DNA of 61,850 nt from an uncultured Fluviicola sp. (GCA_964427665.1 CAYRVL010000005.1:17443-79292); one strand, 5' to 3'. Shown: positions 1-10,610, counted from the first letter of the stretch. Notes: generated by a model from the letters alone, not told the origin. Made by a program: numbers and translations.

Positions 1-1256
1 ACAGCCATCGTAAAGATATCAGAGGTATTGGCGATCAAATTGGTTGAATGAACACCAACTTCACTAGTATTGAAGAAGATACGAGCAGCCTTATATTGTC
101 CGCTGCTCCCAGGAACCAAATTAAATTGTGCTCCCGTAATGACACCAGCATTTCCATTCAAGGTAAAGTTGTTTTCAAACCCCGTGCGTGTTACCAAGAT
201 TACCCCTAAACTATCAGAACTACTGCGTGAAAGCGCCATTTGATTATTTCCTTTGCAATTCAAGCTAGGCACAACCGCAGCACTCAATTCACATCCATAG
301 CCTGAAACATGCCATACGTAAATAGGCTTCGTACTGTGCACATACATCAATTCATCTGTGAGTGTAAATGAATAGGTTTCCCCGGAAGCTAAAACAGATG
401 AAACGACCCCACTTCCAGTCACGTCAATTGCCGTTGCATTTTGCGTTGCCAATACATATACCCGATCCAATCCGGATGTTCCTCTGTAAATTGCATAATC
501 TGTGCCGATTGAAGATGTAGCAATCAATTGATCTCCGATTGCATCACCACAAACACCTTGAGTTAGCTGACCATCGAATACAGTAATCGCAACAGGCTTA
601 TTCGAAGAAACAATCGAACCAGCCAGGGATGTAGTCGCTGTTGAAGAAATATCTCGCGCACTGTAAGTTTGTCCAACATTCAGTGTAACAGAAAATGTAA
701 TGTTTGCAGCATGTCCATTAATGGCAGTTCTCGGAGTAATTAGAACAGTCGTTCCGTTTTGTGTAGCAACTATCTCAAAACCCGAATAGGACGCTGGTGT
801 TGTAGCGGCAATATCCCAATGTTTTTGGAAAGGCGTGTAAAAATTAGTTCCCAAAGCACGCCCTCCCTTCAGGCTGAACAACTCCTTATTCGATCCTGCA
901 ATCAAGTCATAAAGCACATTGATCGGAGTTGTCGAAACAATTTTTAATCCATTGTTTCCAACAACATTCCCATTCGGACTTTCAATTTGAGCCAGAAAAG
1001 GAGTCAGGTCCAAACTATCAATAGAAAAGGCTGGAAGCGACAAGGTTACAGGGATAAAAGCACCATTAGCGGGCTGACTCACAGAGATCGTAGCTGCTTG
1101 ATCATAGCTCTGAAAACGCAATTTTACAGGAGATTCCCCAACACCAGAAGAAACATCCGGAGCCGCGAACCAAAAGAGTGTATCTCGTTGAGCATGAGAG
1201 AAAAAGTTGAACACTAAAACACACGCTAGAGTGAATAGTTTTTTGGTTTTCAGCAT
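1..1256 (-). CDS. Secreted protein with IgGFc-binding-protein N-terminal-like domain, probable large surface/T9SS protein; runs off the left edge
   Basis: Not in the ORF track. Manual translation from ATG at 1256 gives MLKTKKLFTLACVLVFNFFSHAQRDTLFWFAAP...ALGTNFY...EIVATQNGTTVLITP...VTLNVGQTY...LAGSIVSSNKPVAI. It has a signal peptide ending A|Q, and the same frame reads DIFTMA at the window edge. Confidence 0.8.
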   Translation of the reverse strand, partial: MLKTKKLFTLACVLVFNFFSHAQRDTLFWFAAPDVSSGVGESPVKLRFQSYDQAATISVSQPANGAFIPVTLSLPAFSIDSLDLTPFLAQIESPNGNVVGNNGLKIVSTTPINVLYDLIAGSNKELFSLKGGRALGTNFYTPFQKHWDIAATTPASYSGFEIVATQNGTTVLITPRTAINGHAANITFSVTLNVGQTYSARDISSTATTSLAGSIVSSNKPVAITVFDGQLTQGVCGDAIGDQLIATSSIGTDYAIYRGTSGLDRVYVLATQNATAIDVTGSGVVSSVLASGETYSFTLTDELMYVHSTKPIYVWHVSGYGCELSAAVVPSLNCKGNNQMALSRSSSDSLGVILVTRTGFENNFTLNGNAGVITGAQFNLVPGSSGQYKAARIFFNTSEVGVHSTNLIANTSDIFTMA

Positions 1257-1277
1257 AAAAGAAGTAATAAAGCTCCG

Positions 1278-1285
1278 CAAAAGTA
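1278..1285 (-). promoter_or_regulatory. Bacteroidota sigma-A -7 element (TACTTTTG)
   Basis: Matches TAnnTTTG, about 20 nt upstream of the ATG at 1256. Confidence 0.5.
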
Positions 1286-1460
1286 AAAAATAATGTAGAA
1301 ATTTTAACACTTATTTATTCGATGAAAACCATTATTTATTCATTTAACCACTGATATTCTTAGACGAAAACCCTAAACTTCTTCAAGTATTTCGATCTGA
1401 AAGAATATGTTGACCAACACAACTAAGAACCATTTTGCTTCCAAACTTGTTTTTTAGCAC

Positions 1461-2153
1461 ATGAAAAACATCGTGATCATTGGACATTCTTCGGGTATAG
1501 GAGCTTCATTAGCACAAGAATTGTCGGCAAACAATCGTGTATATGGAACGTATTCTAAAACGGGATCTACCCTCACCCACCCGCAAGTGAGCGCGCATTA
1601 TGTGAATGTGATGGACGAAGACATCGATTGGAGCTTTTTACCAGAAACCGTTGATGCTTTAGTCTATTGTCCTGGTGCGATCAATTTGAAACCCTTCGCG
1701 CGCTCAAAACCAAATGATTTTTTGGATGATTACCATTTACAGGTACTTGGTGCCATAAAGTCCATCCAAGCCTGTTTGCCCAATCTGAAAAAAAGCGGAA
1801 AAGGAAGCATTGTACTTTTCAGTTCTGTAGCTGCCCAAACCGGCTTCAATTTTCACAGCATCGTCAGTTCCAGTAAAGGTGCTATCGAAGGATTGACCAA
1901 GGCACTTGCGGCAGAATTCGCTCCTACGATCCGGGTGAATTGTATTGCTCCTTCTTTGACGCAAACTCCGTTGGCAGGAAACCTATTGAACAGTCCGGAA
2001 AAAGTAGAAGCAAATGCGCAACGCCACCCGCTCAAAACGATCGGAACTCCGGAAAACATAGCCGACTTGGCAGCATTTCTTGTAAGTGACCAAAGCAGTT
2101 GGATTACCGGACAAGTCATTCATATCGACGGTGGAATTGGAACGATCCGTTAG
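1461..2153 (+). CDS. SDR family NAD(P)-dependent oxidoreductase
   Basis: GHSSGIG Rossmann motif, SSSKGAIEG in place of YxxxK, IRVNCIAPS, ITGQVIHIDGG. Confidence 0.9.
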   Translation: MKNIVIIGHSSGIGASLAQELSANNRVYGTYSKTGSTLTHPQVSAHYVNVMDEDIDWSFLPETVDALVYCPGAINLKPFARSKPNDFLDDYHLQVLGAIKSIQACLPNLKKSGKGSIVLFSSVAAQTGFNFHSIVSSSKGAIEGLTKALAAEFAPTIRVNCIAPSLTQTPLAGNLLNSPEKVEANAQRHPLKTIGTPENIADLAAFLVSDQSSWITGQVIHIDGGIGTIR

Positions 2154-2311
2154 TTTTTGTGAATAATTGGCAGAAAATTGACGGATCAATGCGCAAACAG
2201 GGGGTTTAATATGTATCTTCATCCGGCGCAACATCAAACTGCCGCGATCGCAAATTCGTCCTGCTTATTTTCGTCTACCAGTTTGTCCTTGCGACGATTA
2301 AACAGAATACT

Positions 2312-3058
2312 ATGACAGACGAAAAATTGGCGGTACTGATCGATGCAGATAACGTATCCTACGCGAACGTGAAAGAGATGCTTGATGAGATCTCGAAAAA
2401 CGGAACTCCCACGATCAAACGCATCTATGCCGACTGGACCAAACCCAATCTAACCGGTTGGAAAAATGTCCTTTTGGAAAATGCTATCACCCCGATACAA
2501 CAATATAGCTATACAACCGGAAAAAATTCCAGTGATAGTGCTTTGATCATCGATGCGATGGACATCCTCTACTAGCAAAAAGTAGATGGATTTTGCATTG
2601 TTTCCAGCGACAGCGATTTTACTCGACTTGCTACCCGCCTGCGCGAAGCCGGGATGACCGTAATCGGTTTTGGGGAGAAAAAAACGCCCAAACCATTCAT
2701 ATCTGCTTGTGATAAGTTCATTTATCTGGAAATCCTCAAAGCGACGCGCCTAGAAGTCGAAAAGCCTGAAAAATCCAGCAAGCGACCGAAAGCAAAGTCG
2801 CCGGTGACCAATAAAGTTGACCCGGAAACGATCAAAATGATCGTAGAAAGCGTATCGGATTTAGCGGATGAATCGGGATGGACCTTTTTGGGAAGTCTCG
2901 GAAGTTACATGCTGAAAATGAAACCAGATTTCGACCCGAGAAATTATGGCTTTCAAAAATTATTGCCGATGATCAAATACCTTAAAAGTTTTGAAATAGA
3001 CGAGCGCGTTTCCGGTTCTGGAAATATCAGACACATCTATTTGAAGCTAAAAGAATAG
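2312..3058 (+). pseudogene. NYN (LabA/DUF88, PIN-like) domain protein with C-terminal OST-HTH/LOTUS domain, interrupted by in-frame TAG at 2573-2575
   Basis: ORFs 2312..2575 and 2654..3058 share a frame. Read-through gives LIDADN...GKNSSDSALIIDAMDILY*QKVDGFCIVSSDSDFTRLATRLREAG, then the LOTUS-like FDPRNYGF. Confidence 0.85.
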
Positions 3059-3189
3059 CTATTTCTTTTTACAACCGACTTTTGCATTTCTATTTTCGTG
3101 AAAAATCTATTAAATTCGCACTTTCAACCCGATTCTGATTGATTTTCACCAGATCATTGAACAAAAGAAATTAGGAGTACACGAACGAA

Positions 3190-3903
3190 ATGTTGATCGG
3201 AACGGATTATCCCAAAATTGAATTTTCGTTGGGGAATTTAAACTTGCTAGAACCGAATGCCTTTGTTGGGGACATGGTGCTCTGCATTTTGGCACTTTTC
3301 TTCGCAAAAAGGATCACTAGATTTCCTGTTCAATCCCCTTTTACCATCTATTGGCAAGCATTCTTCTATGTATTTGCTTTTAGTTTTTTCGTTGGAGGAT
3401 TGGGTCATTTATTTTTTAATTATTGGGGTATTCCCGGAAAATTCGCTTCTTGGTACTTTGGCATTCTTTCAACGACGTGTATTGAGTTGGCAATGGTATC
3501 TATATTTCCCAACGAACAATTCCGTCCCCTTCTAAAAAAAGTCGTTATCGGACAACTTATTGTCGCACTGCTTGTACATTCCGGAATTTTATTGTTTTCC
3601 GACCTGGATGCCGACCCCACAAAAGGGATGCTTGTTCCAACCTCACATGCCACAATCGGACTGGGGATCATGCTTGGTTTCTTAGGTTACTTCTACCAAA
3701 AGAAAATTGATGTTTCATTTCGATATCTTTGGATCAGTAGTTTGGTACTCGTTCCAGCTACGGTCATTCAAGCCCAAAAGATCAATTTGGCACAGTGGTT
3801 CGATAGAAACGATTTGAGTCATTTATTGCTTGTTGTATCTCTTTTTCTTTATTATCAAACAGTCAAAGAATACCAACAAAAGCAATGGATCGGGGCAGTT
3901 TGA
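3190..3903 (+). CDS. Multi-pass membrane protein (DUF6962-like)
   Basis: About 7 hydrophobic segments; EPN, GGLGH and NDLSH motifs. Confidence 0.6.
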   Translation: MLIGTDYPKIEFSLGNLNLLEPNAFVGDMVLCILALFFAKRITRFPVQSPFTIYWQAFFYVFAFSFFVGGLGHLFFNYWGIPGKFASWYFGILSTTCIELAMVSIFPNEQFRPLLKKVVIGQLIVALLVHSGILLFSDLDADPTKGMLVPTSHATIGLGIMLGFLGYFYQKKIDVSFRYLWISSLVLVPATVIQAQKINLAQWFDRNDLSHLLLVVSLFLYYQTVKEYQQKQWIGAV

Positions 3904-4167
3904 TAGGGAGTAAACCAGGGGACGAAAACTGGGAATTGCGGAGAGGCACATGGGAGATGCGTGTTATATTTTTCACAGAATTTTATGTCAATGATTTTAC
4001 GTTTTTGTGCGGAAACATCAATAATTTCAAAGGCTTGATAAATTTTGAGGGAATTCGGGAATTCCCGAACCATGATCCAATAATTCACAATCTGTTAATT
4101 ACACAACAATCTTAACCCATCCATCCCCACCTCCACTTTTCTACTACTTTTACAGAAATTACAACTT

Positions 4168-4647
4168 ATGAAAACAGCTCTTTTTCTAGCACTCCTTGGC
4201 GCTTTTGGTCTGGGATTTGTTTTTAACCAGCAACTCATGCCACACGAGGATGACAAAAAAAACACAGAGAAAACCCTGACTTTGGGAGCATTTTCGATCA
4301 GTTTGAGCGTAAAAGATCTCGAAAAATCAAAAGCCTTTTATGAAAATATGGGGTTCAGACAGTCTGGTGGCGATATGAAACAAAATTATGTCATCATGAA
4401 AAATGGCAACGCGCTTATCGGCCTTTTCAAGGGAATGTTTCAAGAAAATATGCTCACGTTCAATCCAGGCTGGAACGAAAACAAAAAAGAATTGAAGAAA
4501 TTCGATGACGTACGCGTAATTCAAAGCCACCTAAAAAGTAAAGGAATTAGCATGTTACAGGAAGCCAATGATAGCACCAAAGGACCAGCATATATTTTAT
4601 TTGCTGACCCCGACGGAAATGTGATCCTGATTGATCAGCACCGTTAA
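4168..4647 (+). CDS. VOC/glyoxalase family protein with N-terminal hydrophobic extension
   Basis: LGAFSISLSVKDLEKSKAFYE, MLTFNPGW, DPDGNVILIDQH. Confidence 0.85.
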   Translation: MKTALFLALLGAFGLGFVFNQQLMPHEDDKKNTEKTLTLGAFSISLSVKDLEKSKAFYENMGFRQSGGDMKQNYVIMKNGNALIGLFKGMFQENMLTFNPGWNENKKELKKFDDVRVIQSHLKSKGISMLQEANDSTKGPAYILFADPDGNVILIDQHR

Positions 4648-4653
4648 TAGACT

Positions 4654-4926
4654 ATGATGAGTAAGCATAAATACTGTCAAAGTTGTGGCTTCCCAATGAC
4701 ACGCGACAAACAAGGTGGCGGGACAGAGTGCGATGGTTCAGTCAGTGACATATATTGTTCTATGTGTTATCAACATGGAAAATTCACGTCTCCTCCTTGG
4801 GTGGACACCGCAAAAAAAATGCAAGAATATTGTATGCTAGAAATGCGAAAAGCTGGTTACGGAAGATTTTTTGCTTGGTTAGCAACCAGAAGTATCCCGA
4901 ATTTAAAGCGCTGGAAAAAAAGGTGA
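4654..4926 (+). CDS. Zinc-ribbon domain protein (Zn_ribbon_2-like)
   Basis: CQSCGFPM...YCSMCYQHGKF...IPNLKRW. Confidence 0.8.
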   Translation: MMSKHKYCQSCGFPMTRDKQGGGTECDGSVSDIYCSMCYQHGKFTSPPWVDTAKKMQEYCMLEMRKAGYGRFFAWLATRSIPNLKRWKKR

Positions 4927-5057
4927 GTTTTTCTGAAAAGTATGCTCGAAACACCTGAAGAAATTCGTTCAATCAATTCGAAATACGTACGTTTTCAGAA
5001 ACAAATTCACTTATTTTAGACGTGCTATGAACCCTTAATCTCAGATACAAATCCTGC

Positions 5058-6320
5058 TCAATCCAATAATGGATCCTCTTCTATTCCCTCACCGGGCAGA
5101 TCTAAAGCTTTCACGTCTTGGATCGCATTCCCGGCGATACCTTTGATCGATCCATACATGTCGATCGTATTCACGATCACTTTATCGAGTTGCTTTTCTC
5201 GCTGCTTCCAGATCCGCATCATCGAACGCTTTTCACTTTCCAGATCCGATTTCATCTGAGAAAACCCTTCTACGATCGCTTCAACTTGCATCCGGAACGT
5301 GGAACTCGTTAGAAAATCGTACAACAAACTCATTTTGTCCCCTTTATTTTCTTGAGATGCCACCACATTACTCCATTGGATCACAGATTCGCGCAAAACG
5401 GCACTTAGACCTTTGAATTCCTCGAACGTGCAGACCCAAATTCCGTCTCGTAAACCCATGCGCTCCATATCTGATGGCATGACCTCTGTTACCAAAACAC
5501 CTATATCAGCCCCCTTTTCACGAATATCAGCCTTAAATTTTTCAATCCAACTTGGTTGAAAATCCTTCGTACGCTTTGATTCATAATAGATCGTTCCACA
5601 GTTCTGTCGGGTACGTGTATGTACAACTTGAATGCAGTCGCCACCACGAGCTCCTTTCTTGATCTCATCAATCGTATCTAAAGGAAACTGATTCGCCAAC
5701 CACTCTTCGATCGCCAATTCCTGTACCTCGCCTTGCAATTGCATCGATCCTTGCTCCTGCTTGCGTTTCATCTCTTCGGTTAGCTTCTTTTGATCTTCCA
5801 ATTGTTTGATCAACTCCTTTACTCGTAACTCATTACGTTCTTCTTCTGCACGCCTGATCTTTTCTTTCTCCTCCACTAACTGCTGATTCAGTTGACGCAT
5901 CGCCTCCGCCTGAATAGCTTCTTTTAATTCATCTTTTTCGCGTTTCAACCGTTCAATCTCAGCTTTGGTGCGACCCAATTCCTTGATCTGTTCCGATTTT
6001 TCGTTCAGTTCCTTTTGAAGCACCTCAAACTGTTCCGCTTGTTCGGTGGCCAATTTTTGCTTCAAACGATCTTCCATCAATTTGCGCTCTTCCCGCAATT
6101 TCACTTCAAAACGTTCTTGGAACAGTTCATTTTCACGGCGCTTCTTTTCTTCAAACTCCTCCTTCTCGCGGATCAATTGCTCTTGTTTCTTCAAAAACTC
6201 GTCGCGCGTTTGATTCAATTGTGCTTGATACTTTTTCTGGATCTCCTCCTCTAATTGGTGAGATAAGATGTCGTTCACATCGATGATGGTGCCGCAATTC
6301 GGACAATGGATCTGATTCAT
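5058..6320 (-). CDS. DUF2130 family protein (Zn knuckle, long coiled coil, PD-(D/E)xK-like C-terminus)
   Basis: Likely start MNQIHCPNCG at 6320; coiled coil; GEVQE...GDC...YESKRTK. Confidence 0.85.
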   Translation of the reverse strand: MNQIHCPNCGTIIDVNDILSHQLEEEIQKKYQAQLNQTRDEFLKKQEQLIREKEEFEEKKRRENELFQERFEVKLREERKLMEDRLKQKLATEQAEQFEVLQKELNEKSEQIKELGRTKAEIERLKREKDELKEAIQAEAMRQLNQQLVEEKEKIRRAEEERNELRVKELIKQLEDQKKLTEEMKRKQEQGSMQLQGEVQELAIEEWLANQFPLDTIDEIKKGARGGDCIQVVHTRTRQNCGTIYYESKRTKDFQPSWIEKFKADIREKGADIGVLVTEVMPSDMERMGLRDGIWVCTFEEFKGLSAVLRESVIQWSNVVASQENKGDKMSLLYDFLTSSTFRMQVEAIVEGFSQMKSDLESEKRSMMRIWKQREKQLDKVIVNTIDMYGSIKGIAGNAIQDVKALDLPGEGIEEDPLLD

Positions 6321-6468
6321 AGGATTGAGTGAATGCCTAAAATTACAGGATATTTTCGCACCTTTTAAGTGCGGCAATTCAAAGTTTTCCACGATTAACC
6401 GAAAAGCTAATGAATGTCATTTTTTTGTAGCTTTAAAGGAAATAGTTTCGCACATATAAAAAACGAGT

Positions 6469-7851
6469 ATGCTACAACACGAAAAAGCCCCTAAAATCAC
6501 TTTCTTGGGAGGAGCCGGGACAGTTACCGGTTCGAAAATATTGATTGAAGTGGGAAATAAACGCGTCTTGGTTGATTGCGGTTTATTTCAAGGCCTCAAA
6601 GAATTGCGATTAATGAACTGGGCAGAATTCCCCGTAGATCCTAAATCCATCGATGCGATCATACTGACCCATGCGCATTTGGACCACTGTGGCTACATCC
6701 CGCTACTCGTAAAAAAAGGATTTAAAGGAAACATTCATTGTACGCACCCTACAGCTGATCTAACGGAGATCATTTTGAAAGATTCAGCCAAGATACAAGA
6801 GGAAGATGCTGATCGTGCAAACTCACATCACGATACCAAACATGATAAAGCACAACCGCTTTACACCGTGCAAGACGTTTTTGCTACATTACCGCTTTTC
6901 GTTGGACACAATTTGGGAGAATGGGTGATCGTGAATGAATACCTCAAATTTGAATTTCTAAACAGTGGTCATATTTTAGGAGGCGCTTTTGTAAATATGA
7001 TCCTGAATGGTAAAAAAATTGTTTTTTCAGGAGATATCGGCCGTTTAGACCCCATGCTGCTGTATCCACCAAAAGTCCTAAAAGAAGCTGATTACATCGT
7101 ACTCGAATCTACTTACGGCGACCGCAATCACGAAGTGGAAGATGTGAAAAGCGAACTCATGGATGTTGTGAATGACGCTTTTCAGCGCGGCGGAATCCTG
7201 ATGATCCCGACGTTTGCTGTGGAACGTACGCAAGAGATCATTTATTTACTGCATCAGTTGAAAGAAGAAGGACGTTTGCCTAAGATGCAGATATTTCTTG
7301 ACTCGCCGATGGGTATCAACGCATCGAACGTTTATGCGCGTTTTCCTGAATGGCAGCGGATTGGAATGGATAAAATCTCTGAAATGTTTCAGGATGTGAT
7401 CTTTATCAACGATGTCGAGCAATCCAAAGCCATGGTAGCTGATAAACGACCTAAAATCATTTTGGCCGGAAGTGGTATGATCGAAGGAGGTCGTATTTTG
7501 CATTACCTAAACACACATATCGACAATCCACAAGATACGCTCCTATTTGTAGGATATCAAGGCGAGGGAACGCGCGGTCGCGCCATTAAAGAGGGAACGA
7601 AAGAGATTAAGTTCTTCGGGGAATTCCGAAAAGTAAAATGCAACATCCGCAGTATTGATTCGCTTTCTGCTCACGCGGACCGCAATGAAATGGTCACTTG
7701 GCTCAAACATTTCAAACAGGCACCCAAAGCTATTTTCCTAAACCACGGTGAACCTCATCAAAGCGATGCGCTGCGTGTTAAAATCGAGCATGATCTGAAG
7801 TGGAAAGTGATCATACCGAAACTGCAAGAGAGCTTCTTATTAGACCATTGA
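6469..7851 (+). CDS. MBL-fold beta-CASP ribonuclease (YSH1/CPSF73-like)
   Basis: THAHLDHCG, GHILG, SGDIG, ESTYG, SAHAD, NHGE motifs. Confidence 0.92.
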   Translation: MLQHEKAPKITFLGGAGTVTGSKILIEVGNKRVLVDCGLFQGLKELRLMNWAEFPVDPKSIDAIILTHAHLDHCGYIPLLVKKGFKGNIHCTHPTADLTEIILKDSAKIQEEDADRANSHHDTKHDKAQPLYTVQDVFATLPLFVGHNLGEWVIVNEYLKFEFLNSGHILGGAFVNMILNGKKIVFSGDIGRLDPMLLYPPKVLKEADYIVLESTYGDRNHEVEDVKSELMDVVNDAFQRGGILMIPTFAVERTQEIIYLLHQLKEEGRLPKMQIFLDSPMGINASNVYARFPEWQRIGMDKISEMFQDVIFINDVEQSKAMVADKRPKIILAGSGMIEGGRILHYLNTHIDNPQDTLLFVGYQGEGTRGRAIKEGTKEIKFFGEFRKVKCNIRSIDSLSAHADRNEMVTWLKHFKQAPKAIFLNHGEPHQSDALRVKIEHDLKWKVIIPKLQESFLLDH

Positions 7852-7934
7852 TCAACTATTTTTCTTAAGTAAACTTGTAACGGAATGGGAGAAACTGCGT
7901 TTGACGGGTATCTCCCATTTCCAAATACTTGCTT

Positions 7935-9464
7935 ATGAAACCCGCTCTCCTCATTCAAAAGTTGTCCTACGCGCTCATCGCACTGATAGCCGCCTTATTT
8001 ATCTTTCAAAACCAAGTTTTCGGGCAGGATTGCAACTCCCAGGTCATTCTGATCCTCGAAAATATCAAAGGTGGTGTATTTGCAAACCAAACGGTGGAAT
8101 TGAAACCCGTGAGTGGTGGGAAATCGTTTACCACAATCAGTGATAAAACGGGAACCGCAAGCTTTGACGTACCTTGTGGAATTACCTTTTCGATCCACAT
8201 CGCCAATTATACCCGTAAACAAGAGATCACTTCTCCGGAAAATCCGGGATCCTATGCCAAACGCAAATTCAGCTACGAGCCAAACATGGTGAAAAACCAA
8301 GCCCTATTAGCGATGAATGACGCCGAAAAACAGCAAACAGATGCACTCATAAAGTCACTTCCCGACACCACTCGTTTCATGAATGGCGCCATGGTGAAAC
8401 CCATCAATATGGATCCGTATGTAACCTATACCATTTCCATAAAAGATCTGGATGATAAACCTTTGGCAAATGAAACCGTGATCATTACCGGTACAAAGCG
8501 TGGTAAAAACTTCAAAGGCAAAACAAATGCAGGAGGTCAATTGCTCGTCTACCTGCCAAAAGGCGATGAATACGTTTTACATTTTTTGTATCAACGTGAT
8601 TTCCGTAAACAAGACGTGGAGTATTCCAAAGGAATTGTGAACGCCGGAATGAACATTTCTTACATGGGAACCGCAGAATATTTGCGCCGAAAAAAAGCGG
8701 AAGAGGAGCGAATCAAAGCGGAAGAAAAACGGTTGTTGGAAGAAAAATTGGCCTTTGAAAAATGGTGCAAAGCTGAACGGATTTCTGTGGAAGAAGGTAT
8801 GCGCCGACGATTAAAAGAAGCCAGTGGCTCCGGTGATGATCAAGTTGTAACGAAGGTCTTGAACCGCAACAAATGGTCCGAAAAACTGATCGTATGCGAT
8901 CTAACCGGTAGCATGGATCCATACGCCAATCAACTGGCTGCTTGGTATCAATTAAATGTCAAATTAGAACCAAATCTGCAATTCGTATTCTTCAACGACG
9001 GTGATCAAAAGTCTGATGCCCAAAAAGTGATCGGAAAAACCGGTGGTATCTACTACCAAAAAGCAAAGGGTCTTGACTCCCTGATAAACCTGATGTCAAA
9101 AGTACGTGTCAACGGCAATGGTGGAGACTGCGCTGAAAATAACATGGAGGCACTGATCAAAGGCGTCAAAATGGCCAATCCCTACAAAGAATTAGTGATG
9201 ATCGTCGACAACAATGCTCCGGTGAAAGACATTGCGCTCTTAAAAGAGTTCAATAAACCCGTACATATTGTTCTCTGCGGAGCACATCATGGTTTTGTAT
9301 TGGAAGATTATTTGTTGATCGCTTGGAAAACGAAAGGAAGTATTCACACCATGGAAGAAGATCTCACCAAGATCGCCGCCATGTCGGAAGGTGAAACGAT
9401 CGTGGTGGGCGGAAATACCTACAAAATTATGGGCGGTCAATTCGTGCGGATCACCAAGTCCTGA
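7935..9464 (+). CDS. Secreted protein with two prealbumin/carboxypeptidase-regulatory-like folds, a coiled coil and a C-terminal vWA-like domain
   Basis: Signal peptide ending FGQ; SDKTG and TNAGG beta-sandwich turns; MIDAS-like DLTGSM; GGDCAENNMEAL. Confidence 0.65.
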   Translation: MKPALLIQKLSYALIALIAALFIFQNQVFGQDCNSQVILILENIKGGVFANQTVELKPVSGGKSFTTISDKTGTASFDVPCGITFSIHIANYTRKQEITSPENPGSYAKRKFSYEPNMVKNQALLAMNDAEKQQTDALIKSLPDTTRFMNGAMVKPINMDPYVTYTISIKDLDDKPLANETVIITGTKRGKNFKGKTNAGGQLLVYLPKGDEYVLHFLYQRDFRKQDVEYSKGIVNAGMNISYMGTAEYLRRKKAEEERIKAEEKRLLEEKLAFEKWCKAERISVEEGMRRRLKEASGSGDDQVVTKVLNRNKWSEKLIVCDLTGSMDPYANQLAAWYQLNVKLEPNLQFVFFNDGDQKSDAQKVIGKTGGIYYQKAKGLDSLINLMSKVRVNGNGGDCAENNMEALIKGVKMANPYKELVMIVDNNAPVKDIALLKEFNKPVHIVLCGAHHGFVLEDYLLIAWKTKGSIHTMEEDLTKIAAMSEGETIVVGGNTYKIMGGQFVRITKS

Positions 9465-10610
9465 TCAATAAACTGGTTTTTGTAAAAAATAATTCTGAAA
9501 CCAACGCTTGAAAGCGGGATCGAGGAAATCCCATTGTCCATTGTGTTCATAAATCACGTCTAAGTTCATCAGTACGCGACGGTTTTTGACAACATTTGCA
9601 GATGTCCCCAGCTTATAGGTATCGATGATCTCCACCGACGTTAATCTTTCTGCCTGATTGGCGATTGCCTTTAACAAATTCAACTGTCCGCGACTGAGTG
9701 ATTCAACCTCGCGCTGATAAAAAGGCGAATTGGTCGCAATGAGTTCTTTTAATGCTTCTTGCAAATTGGTTAACGTCACTTTTTTAGTGCTTTTTTGCCA
9801 GGTATAATGCGCCAATTGCTGGACATACCAAGAGTGATCTTCCATCCATTCCGGGATCAACACGGCAAGCTCCGGGGTCAATTGTTTTTTGCTTTCCTCA
9901 AACTTACGCAAAATGAAATCTACCCATTTTTCACGCTTGATCTTCTCAAGTAAGATAACCTCACCAAAACGATAAAATGGTTTGGAAGGATTACTGAATA
10001 TATCTGCCATCATATGCCTGCGACTTCCGTACAAACAGTAGGTCACGGATTTCTGTCGTTGCCAGACCGCTCGCATGCTTTTTTCCATTTGTTCGTATTG
10101 ATCAAATGCGGCCAAATTCTGGAATTCATCCAAACAGATCAGGTACTTCACACCTTTTTCCCGAGCAATGCGTTCCGGTAAGTCCAAGATTTCATCGCGG
10201 TATTTGCGGATCTCTTTCCAGTCAAAAGTGATACTGAAATCCACTTTTGGATTGAGCCCAATCGATAACTTCGGGACCAGCTGTTGAAAAAAGTCCTTCC
10301 CTGACCGCATCCAATCTTCCCATTTTGTAGACGACGCTTTAATTACTTCGCGGGCAAATAATTCTAAAAACTCCTCCTCACTATTGGCTGAAAACAAGTC
10401 AATGGATACCACGCAGATCTTTGGATTTTTCCGGCGAACTTCCACGATCAATTTCTCTACCAAAGAAGATTTCCCCCATCTCCTTGGCGATATGAGCATC
10501 GAATTTACACCGTTGAGCATGTTATTATATAAGCGCTCCAAGTCTTGTTCGCGATTCGCAAATGAACCTTGACTTACCGTAGTTCCAAAAACAAAAGGTG
10601 AATGTTCCAT
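9465..10610 (-). CDS. AAA/STAND-like ATP-binding protein (COG1672-like) with C-terminal winged helix
   Basis: Walker A SPRRWGKSS, Walker B ICLDEFQ, C-terminal FLDPAFKRW; start MEHSPFVFG. Confidence 0.85.
   Translation of the reverse strand: MEHSPFVFGTTVSQGSFANREQDLERLYNNMLNGVNSMLISPRRWGKSSLVEKLIVEVRRKNPKICVVSIDLFSANSEEEFLELFAREVIKASSTKWEDWMRSGKDFFQQLVPKLSIGLNPKVDFSITFDWKEIRKYRDEILDLPERIAREKGVKYLICLDEFQNLAAFDQYEQMEKSMRAVWQRQKSVTYCLYGSRRHMMADIFSNPSKPFYRFGEVILLEKIKREKWVDFILRKFEESKKQLTPELAVLIPEWMEDHSWYVQQLAHYTWQKSTKKVTLTNLQEALKELIATNSPFYQREVESLSRGQLNLLKAIANQAERLTSVEIIDTYKLGTSANVVKNRRVLMNLDVIYEHNGQWDFLDPAFKRWFQNYFLQKPVY

Noticed and set aside
759-1217. Two short plus-strand ORFs
   Set aside because: Antisense to the IgGFc-domain gene
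2573-2575. Stop-codon reassignment (TAG/TAA read-through) as the explanation for the two in-frame stops
   Set aside because: TAG and TAA end many intact genes in this window (SDR, cold-shock protein, pdhA, lpdA), and the two internal stops are different codons
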